Source: Capsulimonadales bacterium (GTDB lineage Bacteria; Armatimonadota; Armatimonadia; Armatimonadales; Armatimonadaceae). From it: a stretch of DNA of 14,352 bases. This document shows, in pieces, positions 6,568 to 12,682 of this stretch. Both the position numbers and the translations under genes were made by a program. Location: the NCBI GenBank assembly GCA_033762295.1, contig JANRLW010000118.1, positions 1-14,352 of the forward strand, in the 5' to 3' direction. Below the pieces are notes generated by a model, which made no database searches, was not told where the DNA came from, and was given only the letters and a program-made list of their open reading frames with translations. Each line of letters begins with the position of its first letter. Position 1 is the first letter of the stretch.

Positions 6568-8046
6568 ATGAGTTCCACCGACGAAAAGAAAGATAAGCCG
6601 ACGACCGAGGAGACGAAAGCCGACTCCAAAGACTGGTTCAAGGAGGAGGCGCCGGTCGCCACCCGTCACGAAATCACGATCGGCGGCAAAACCCTCGCCT
6701 ACACCGCCCATGCCGGCAAGCTTCCGATCCGGAACGAGAAGGGTGAGACGGAGGCCGCGATCTTCTTCATGGCCTACACCCTCGACACCGAAGGCCCGCG
6801 TCAGGATCGCCCCCTGATGTTCGCGTTCAACGGTGGCCCCGGTTCCTCGTCCGTCTGGCTGCACTTCGGCGCGATCGGCCCCAAACGGGCCGCGCTGAAC
6901 CCGGACGGCACCCTGCCGCCACCGCCCTACCGTCCGGTCGACAACGAGTTCACCTGGCTGGAGAACGCCGATCTGGTCTTTATCGATCCCGTCGGCACCG
7001 GCTACAGCCGCGCCAAAGACGAGGAAACGGCTAAAAAATTCTACGGAATCGAACCCGATATCAAGTGCCTGGCCGAGTTCATCCGTCTTTACCTGACCCG
7101 CTACGAACGCTGGGGATCGCCGCTTTTCCTGGCGGGGGAGAGTTACGGCACGACGCGCGGCGCGGGATTGGCCGGTCATCTGATCAACGAAGGGATCGCT
7201 TTCACCGGCATTCTTCTGGTCTCGACCGTACTGAACTTCCAGACGCTGGTCTTCTCGACCGGAAACGATCTGCCTTATTCGCTGTTCCTGCCATCGTTCG
7301 CGGCGACCGCCTGGTATCACCGACGTCTGCCCGAAGACCTTCAATCGCGCCCGCTTCCGGAGGTGCTGAAAGAGGTCGAAGCGTTCGCCGAAGGGGAGTA
7401 TGTCCTGGCCCTGATGCGCGGCGACCGGTTGAGCGAGAGCGATCGGGATCACCTGGCCGCGAAACTGGCCCGCTATACCGGCCTTTCCGAACGCTATGTC
7501 CGGTTGTCCCAGTTCCGCCTGCGGATCCATGCCTTCTGCAAGGAGTTGCTGCGCGACGACGGTCTGATCGTCGGGCGGTTCGACAGCCGGATCACCGGGC
7601 GGGGCGGATCGGGAACCGGCGAAAACATGGAGTACGACCCCTCCGGCGCGGTCATTCGTCCTCCCTATACGGCGGCCTTCAACGATTACATTCGCCGTGA
7701 ACTCGACTACCGGGAGGACCTGCCCTATACGATTCTGGGCGGTCTTTACTCCCAGTGGGACTGGGGCAAGGGCAATACGTTCGCCGATACCGGCGCGGCG
7801 CTGCGCTCGGCCATCGAGAAGAACCCGCATCTCCGGGTCTTCGTCGCGTCCGGCTACTACGATCTGGCGACTCCCTACGCCGCCGCCGATTACACGTTCG
7901 CCCACCTGGGCATCGACCCGTCGCTGCGCGGCAACATCGAGGTGGCCTACTACGAGGCCGGACACATGATGTACATCGAGAGCGGCTCGATGGTGAAGCT
8001 GAAGCGGGATGTGGACGACTTCCTGCGTCGAACCGCCGGAGGATGA
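6568..8046 (+). CDS. Peptidase S10 family serine carboxypeptidase, apparently without a signal peptide
   Basis: 492 aa from ATG 6568. FNGGPGSSS, FIDPVGTGYS, catalytic Ser motif GESYG, GYYDLATP (Asp), YEAGHMMY (His). Confidence 0.93.
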   Translation: MSSTDEKKDKPTTEETKADSKDWFKEEAPVATRHEITIGGKTLAYTAHAGKLPIRNEKGETEAAIFFMAYTLDTEGPRQDRPLMFAFNGGPGSSSVWLHFGAIGPKRAALNPDGTLPPPPYRPVDNEFTWLENADLVFIDPVGTGYSRAKDEETAKKFYGIEPDIKCLAEFIRLYLTRYERWGSPLFLAGESYGTTRGAGLAGHLINEGIAFTGILLVSTVLNFQTLVFSTGNDLPYSLFLPSFAATAWYHRRLPEDLQSRPLPEVLKEVEAFAEGEYVLALMRGDRLSESDRDHLAAKLARYTGLSERYVRLSQFRLRIHAFCKELLRDDGLIVGRFDSRITGRGGSGTGENMEYDPSGAVIRPPYTAAFNDYIRRELDYREDLPYTILGGLYSQWDWGKGNTFADTGAALRSAIEKNPHLRVFVASGYYDLATPYAAADYTFAHLGIDPSLRGNIEVAYYEAGHMMYIESGSMVKLKRDVDDFLRRTAGG

Positions 8047-8924
8047 CGCAGGGAACCATCGCCGCCGCCCATTCGTTAATGGGGAGGATGACCCGACTCG
8101 AATCCTCCCTGCCGATATTTACGAACGAGGTCCTCGCTGCCGAAACGGAGCCGGGACGCATGGACGAACTGCACCTGTATCACGGAGCCCGGTGCAACCG
8201 TTCCTGCGCGTTCTGCTGTGTGAACGGTTCTCCGGACGGCGGACATACCCCGTTCGGCGAGCCGGTCCTGCGGGCGGCGGTCGATCTCGTTGCCCGGCGC
8301 GGCAGCCTGAAAATCTACGGCGGGGAACCGACGCTCGACCCGGACAACCTCGCCTGGTCGATCCGGAGGCTCCGGGAAATCGGATTCGAGGGAGCGATCA
8401 CGATCTTTTCCAACGGTCTTCGTCCCCGGCCCCTGATCGACCTGCTGCGCGGCGATGACCGGCTCTTCGTCGTGCTCAATCATGCGATCTTTTTCGGACG
8501 GGGGGAGGAGCCGCTGTCGCCGTCGGTCCGGGCACTTCTTCTCGCCGAACATGCCCGTCGTCCCGGTCGTCTCTTCGTCTCGCACGATTTCACGGTCGCG
8601 GTCGGCCGCGAGTCGACCGACCGGCAGCGAGACGGCGACCGCTATCTGCCCTGCTTTCGATGCTGGCCGACGCTGACGACGACCGGTTTCTTTCACGCCT
8701 GTCCGTTCGCGGTCGAACATGCCGGTCCGCATTTCGCGCTGGGAACGCTCGATACGCCGCCCGGAGTGGTCCGGGAGCGGTTCGAAACCTTCCTGCGCTG
8801 GACGGAGGAACGGCTGAACCCGGAGGCGAAGCGGCTGGGAATCGGCGCGTGCGCCCTCTGCACCGGACCCGCCCCGCCCGCCATCCCCCGGCACGAGCCT
8901 AGAGTCTTGTTGCCCATGGTCTGA
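8043..8924 (+). CDS. Radical SAM protein of unassigned subfamily with a C-terminal Cys-rich (Twitch/SPASM-like) region
   Basis: ATG 8043 overlaps the peptidase stop (ATGA); alternative ATGs at 8079 and 8088. 293 aa. CxxxCxxC motif CNRSCAFC(C) at 8193-8219, YGGEP, FSNG; C-terminal CFRC...ACPF...CALC. Confidence 0.88.
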   Translation: MTQGTIAAAHSLMGRMTRLESSLPIFTNEVLAAETEPGRMDELHLYHGARCNRSCAFCCVNGSPDGGHTPFGEPVLRAAVDLVARRGSLKIYGGEPTLDPDNLAWSIRRLREIGFEGAITIFSNGLRPRPLIDLLRGDDRLFVVLNHAIFFGRGEEPLSPSVRALLLAEHARRPGRLFVSHDFTVAVGRESTDRQRDGDRYLPCFRCWPTLTTTGFFHACPFAVEHAGPHFALGTLDTPPGVVRERFETFLRWTEERLNPEAKRLGIGACALCTGPAPPAIPRHEPRVLLPMV

Positions 8925-8931
8925 ACGCCCC

Positions 8932-9660
8932 ATGCCCGTCCCCGAAACGCCCGAAACGCCCTGGCTGTCGATCATCGTGCCGACGCTGAACGAGGAGAAG
9001 GCGCTGCCGGAAACGCTCGCCCGGATCGCCCGGTGTGCGCCGTCCGCCGAGATCGTGCTGGTCGATGGCGGCAGTACGGACGGCACCCGCGCCGTGTACG
9101 AACGTTTCGTCGCGCGGTCGGCGCAGCCGGTCCGATGGATCGACAGCGCGCGGGGTCGGGGCCGCCAGATGAACGCCGGCGCGGCGGCAGGTCGGGGCGA
9201 GGTCCTGCTCTTTCTGCATGCCGATACCCTGCTTCCCGACGACAGCGAACGGCATCTCCGCCGGGCGTTGAGGGACCCGCGTATCCGAGGCGGAAACTTC
9301 CGCCTCGCGTTCACCCCCCGGTCCGCCCTGTCGGACTTCTACGCCCGGTGCTACAACCTGCGCAGTCGCTGGCACGTCTTTTACGGGGATTCGGGGCTGT
9401 TCGTCCGCCGGGAAACGTTTGTCGCTCTCGGCGGGTATCGGGCGGACCGGCTGATGGAGGACGTGGAGTTCATCGGTCGGCTACGTCGCCACGGTGGCCT
9501 GACCTTTCTCGGTCAGGCTACCGTGGTCACCTCGGCGCGCCGCTTCCACGGTACGCGCCGGGGGTTGACGATGCTGTTTGTCTGGCTCCTGCTGCACGCC
9601 CTGATGGCGCTGGGCGTTTCGCAGGAGACGCTGGAACGGCTCTACCCGCCCCGGCGGTAA
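8932..9660 (+). CDS. GT2 glycosyltransferase, TIGR04283-like (rSAM/selenodomain-associated, arsenosugar-biosynthesis-annotated family)
   Basis: 242 aa. LSIIVPTLNEE, VDGGSTDGT, GRGRQMNAGA, LLFLHADT, YGDSGLFVRR..F..LGGY, LMEDVEF, VVTSARR. Starts 7 nt after the rSAM stop. Confidence 0.9.
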   Translation: MPVPETPETPWLSIIVPTLNEEKALPETLARIARCAPSAEIVLVDGGSTDGTRAVYERFVARSAQPVRWIDSARGRGRQMNAGAAAGRGEVLLFLHADTLLPDDSERHLRRALRDPRIRGGNFRLAFTPRSALSDFYARCYNLRSRWHVFYGDSGLFVRRETFVALGGYRADRLMEDVEFIGRLRRHGGLTFLGQATVVTSARRFHGTRRGLTMLFVWLLLHALMALGVSQETLERLYPPRR

Positions 9661-9670
9661 CGGGAGACGA

Positions 9671-12274
9671 TCAGTTTTTCTCGCGTTTCTCGGGCGTTTC
9701 GCGCTTCTCCCCGGCTTCGTTCTCTTCGTTCTCTTCCTCCTCATCCTCCTCGATGGCCACATTCGGGAGGCCCGTGGCGGAGAAGGACGGGCGGCGCACC
9801 GGCACCGGGTACGGGGCATTTTCCCCCTTGATGCTGTGCCACAGGATGCGGTTCAGATCGTCTTCATCGGCCCGGGTCAGTCGGTCCGGCGCGGAGAAAT
9901 CGAACTTCATCGAGCGGGCGGCGCCGAGGGCGCGGGGCGCGTTTTTGGCGTTCAGATCGATCGTCGCCGGGCGCGCGCTAAAGGGAGTCAGGTCGGCCTT
10001 GTTGCGGAAGGAGGCGTACATCGGGGTCGCCCCGGCATCGTACTCGCTCATCGGCGGCAGTCCCAGGATCAGTTCCATGGTTCGCAACATCGAGCAGGTC
10101 GTGTAGTGGGTGCTGTCCACCTTGCTTTGCCGGGTGTAGGGGGAGATGACCAGTCCCATCGTGCGGTGCGCGTCCACATGGTCCGGGCCGTTCTGGGCAT
10201 CGTCCTCGATGACGAAGATCGCCATCTCCTTCCAGAATCGGGATTTCGAGCAGGCTTCGACGATTTTTCCGAGGCCGAGGTCATTGGACGCGACCGCCGC
10301 CTGGGGGGTCGCCGCGCCCGGTCGCGTGCCGGAGGTATGGTCCTCGGACAGCGCCATCACCATGAAGCCGGGCATATCCCCGGTCTTCTCCCACTCCTGA
10401 ACGTCCTTAATGAAGATATCGGCGGCCAGGTAATCGCGCTCGCCCCGGCGGCGGGCGGCGGACCACTCCTCGTTGCGCTTCTTATCGACGTGATAGTAGT
10501 AGGTGCGGTACGGAATCCCCTTGCGTTCGCACAGGTCCCAGATGCGCCCGCCCGGCGTCTCGGCCAGCGGATCGCCGAAGTCGCCGTAACGGATCGGCGG
10601 CGCACCCTTGCCTCCGTACTGTGCGGGCCACGTCCGCTGCATCAGGTCCGGAACGTACGCGCCGTTCGACCAGTGATGGCCGTCCACGGACACCTCGCCG
10701 TTGCAGTAGAGGTTGTCCAGCAGGATGTACTCCCGGGCCAGCGCATGATGGTTGGGGGTCACATTCTCCCCGAACAGGGTCAGATTCGGATCGCCGTTGC
10801 CGATTCGCTTGCCTTTCGCGTCGGTCATATCGCCGAAGACCTGATCGTAGGTGCGGTTCTCCTTGATGATGTAGAGAATGTGCTTGATCGGGGACGGGTC
10901 TCCGAGGCGGGACGGAATCGGGTTGCTACCGGCCCGGGGCGCCTTGCTCGGGCGCTCCGTCAGGGCGTCGGCGTAGGGCGTATTGGCATAGACCTGTTTG
11001 GTGTAGGTGGCCAGTTGCTTTCCGTCCGGAACGGTCAGGGTGGTCAGCGACCCCTTCATCAGGGCGGTGATATAGGGATAGCTGCGCGGCGCGACCGGAT
11101 CGATCGGCTTTCCTTCGGTCAGGTTGTTCGGCCCGAACCCGAAGCCTTTGCCACAGCCGATCAGGAGTTGCCGACCGTCGGGCAGAGCGGTCACGACGCT
11201 CGGATAGGCGGCGGTCGGGATGAACCCTTTCACGATGGCATGACCGACGGCGGCAATATCGACGACCGCGACGGCGTTATTGTCGGAGCAGGCGACGTAC
11301 AGCGACTTCTCATCCGGCGAGAAGGCGAGCGCGTTCGGGGTCGCTCCGGCGGGCGCTTTGGGCGTCAGTTTGAGGGAGATCTTCTCGGCCGTGCGGCCGG
11401 CGACCGTATCGATCGCGTAGACGGCGTCGGCGTTACCGCAGGCGACGAACAGGCGGGAACCGTCCCCGGTGAGCAGCAGTGAGTTGGGATGCGGACCGAC
11501 CTCCATGGTCGCCCGCGTCTCCAGGGTGGCGACATCGAGCGCCGCCACCGTCCCGCGTCCGAGCAGGCCGACATAGAGGGTCCGGCCATCGCGGGCGAGG
11601 CACAGGGTTCCGGGGCGGTCGGCGTTATCGAAAGCCCGTTTCGCCTTGAGAGTTCCGTCCGCCGCATTCAGGGCGTAGAGCGTATCATTGGAAAGGTTCG
11701 TGACGTACAGCGTGCTACGGTCGGCGGAAAGCGCGAGTCCCCAGAGGAAGGCGGGCGCGGCGAACCGCTCCTTATCGGTGCTTCCCGGAGCGGCGGTATC
11801 CCGGCTGCCCAGAATGGCGAGTTCGGGCACATCGATCGGCGTCTGCGCCTCGGCCTCTCCGTTCGCCACTTTGAAGACGAAGATCCGTCCGCTGTTCCCC
11901 CCGGCGACGTAGAGCGTGCCGCCATCGGCGGACCAGACGATGCCGCAGCTCTGCGCACGGGTCAACGGAAGCGTCTGCCGCACCTTGCCGTTCGCCGGAT
12001 CGACGATCAGAAGAGCATGTTCCGACGCGCCGCCGGTCGTGACGGCCAGCGTTTTCCGGTCGGGGGACAGCGCCGCCATCTGCGGAATGTCTCCGATGGT
12101 CTGATGCTGCCCGACCGGGGTCAGGTACCAGCCGTTGTACAGCTTGATCTTCGGCGGAACGGCCTCCGGGCTTTTGACGAACGGACCGGGCGCCTGCTGG
12201 GCGGCCAGGGGCAGTAAAAAAAGGACGGAGAAGGTCGTCAGTTGAACGACCGGACGGCGGGGTAGTGCGGGCAC
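9671..12274 (-). CDS. Secreted bifunctional YVTN/YncE beta-propeller + phosphoesterase (alkaline phosphatase superfamily, AcpA/phospholipase C-like)
   Basis: Preferred start GTG 12274 (AGGAAG 7 nt upstream) gives a signal-peptide-like N-terminus MPALPRRPVVQLTTFSVLFLLPLAA; ATG 12301 and 12373 are in-frame alternatives. Propeller repeats (VGPHPNSLLLTGDGSRLFVAC; TPNALAFSPDEKSLYVAC), then IKHILYIIKENRTYDQVFGD, EVSVDGH, EDDAQNGPDHVDAHR, and an acidic C-terminal tail. Confidence 0.92.
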   Translation of the reverse strand: MPALPRRPVVQLTTFSVLFLLPLAAQQAPGPFVKSPEAVPPKIKLYNGWYLTPVGQHQTIGDIPQMAALSPDRKTLAVTTGGASEHALLIVDPANGKVRQTLPLTRAQSCGIVWSADGGTLYVAGGNSGRIFVFKVANGEAEAQTPIDVPELAILGSRDTAAPGSTDKERFAAPAFLWGLALSADRSTLYVTNLSNDTLYALNAADGTLKAKRAFDNADRPGTLCLARDGRTLYVGLLGRGTVAALDVATLETRATMEVGPHPNSLLLTGDGSRLFVACGNADAVYAIDTVAGRTAEKISLKLTPKAPAGATPNALAFSPDEKSLYVACSDNNAVAVVDIAAVGHAIVKGFIPTAAYPSVVTALPDGRQLLIGCGKGFGFGPNNLTEGKPIDPVAPRSYPYITALMKGSLTTLTVPDGKQLATYTKQVYANTPYADALTERPSKAPRAGSNPIPSRLGDPSPIKHILYIIKENRTYDQVFGDMTDAKGKRIGNGDPNLTLFGENVTPNHHALAREYILLDNLYCNGEVSVDGHHWSNGAYVPDLMQRTWPAQYGGKGAPPIRYGDFGDPLAETPGGRIWDLCERKGIPYRTYYYHVDKKRNEEWSAARRRGERDYLAADIFIKDVQEWEKTGDMPGFMVMALSEDHTSGTRPGAATPQAAVASNDLGLGKIVEACSKSRFWKEMAIFVIEDDAQNGPDHVDAHRTMGLVISPYTRQSKVDSTHYTTCSMLRTMELILGLPPMSEYDAGATPMYASFRNKADLTPFSARPATIDLNAKNAPRALGAARSMKFDFSAPDRLTRADEDDLNRILWHSIKGENAPYPVPVRRPSFSATGLPNVAIEEDEEEENEENEAGEKRETPEKREKN

Positions 12275-12301
12275 GGTTTTACTTCCTGTCTCGGACGGCA
12301 T

Positions 12302-12327
12302 ATGTCGGGAACGAATGTCGGGAACGA
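12302..12327. repeat. 13-bp tandem duplication ATGTCGGGAACGA x2, with a degenerate third unit near 12331-12342
   Basis: Read directly from the sequence, in the leader of the phosphoesterase gene. Confidence 0.75.
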
Positions 12328-12468
12328 ATAATGGCGGGACGAAGGCAGGTCGTCTCCGTCCCACCGAGATCATTCGCTAAGATGACACGGTCTCCGGGGA
12401 AACTACGGTAGACTGCTCTTCCCGGCCCGTTGAGCGGACAGCAACGCTGCTCTTGTTGTCCCGCGTAA

Positions 12469-12474
12469 ATTATA
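12469..12474 (-). promoter_or_regulatory. Consensus -10 element (TATAAT) for the phosphoesterase gene
   Basis: Plus strand ATTATA is TATAAT on the minus strand, in otherwise high-GC DNA. No TTGACA at -35; that position is occupied by the TTAAC repeat array. Confidence 0.7.
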
Positions 12475-12482
12475 GACCGCCA

Positions 12483-12523
12483 ATGTTAACCGGAGGTTAA
12501 GGAATCGTTAAGTCCGGGTTAAA
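12483..12523 (-). promoter_or_regulatory. Pho-box-like operator: four TTAAC direct repeats at 11-nt period
   Basis: GTTAA on the plus strand at 12485, 12496, 12507 and 12518. Minus strand reads TTTAACCC-gga-CTTAACGA-ttc-CTTAACCT-ccg-GTTAACAT, similar to cyanobacterial SphR (YTTAAYYW-N3) and Bacillus PhoP (TTHACA) boxes. Confidence 0.75.
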
Positions 12524-12682
12524 TCACCCAGTATTCGTGAATAATTAACAGCGCCCTGCAAACGGTGACAGGTCCGAAAGATTCCGCGAATCGCTTCCGG
12601 TCATTCGCGGAGGGTTCCCGCCGCCCGATCGCGAAATGTTCGGTGACTCACTGTCGCCGCCCACCGAGGAATCGATCGCTCC

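Noticed and set aside
6463..7965. Apparent 818-aa EamA fusion ORF (5509..7965)
   Set aside because: The N-terminal 500 aa are mostly antisense to the S10 peptidase. Transporter-like sequence begins at GTG 6462, which has its own SD.
7755..8042. N-terminal extension of the radical SAM ORF
   Set aside because: Arg-rich off-frame read of the peptidase 3' end. The ATGA overlap at 8043 is the more natural start.
8941..8961. CCCGAAACG duplication (PETPETP) at the GT N-terminus
   Set aside because: In-frame 9-bp slippage in a low-complexity N-terminal tail; no functional signal.
12631..12658. GCGAAAT-N17-CGCC upstream of the ApnL-like gene as a third ECF-like promoter
   Set aside because: Mismatches in both the AAC and CGT cores; likely chance in GC-rich DNA.
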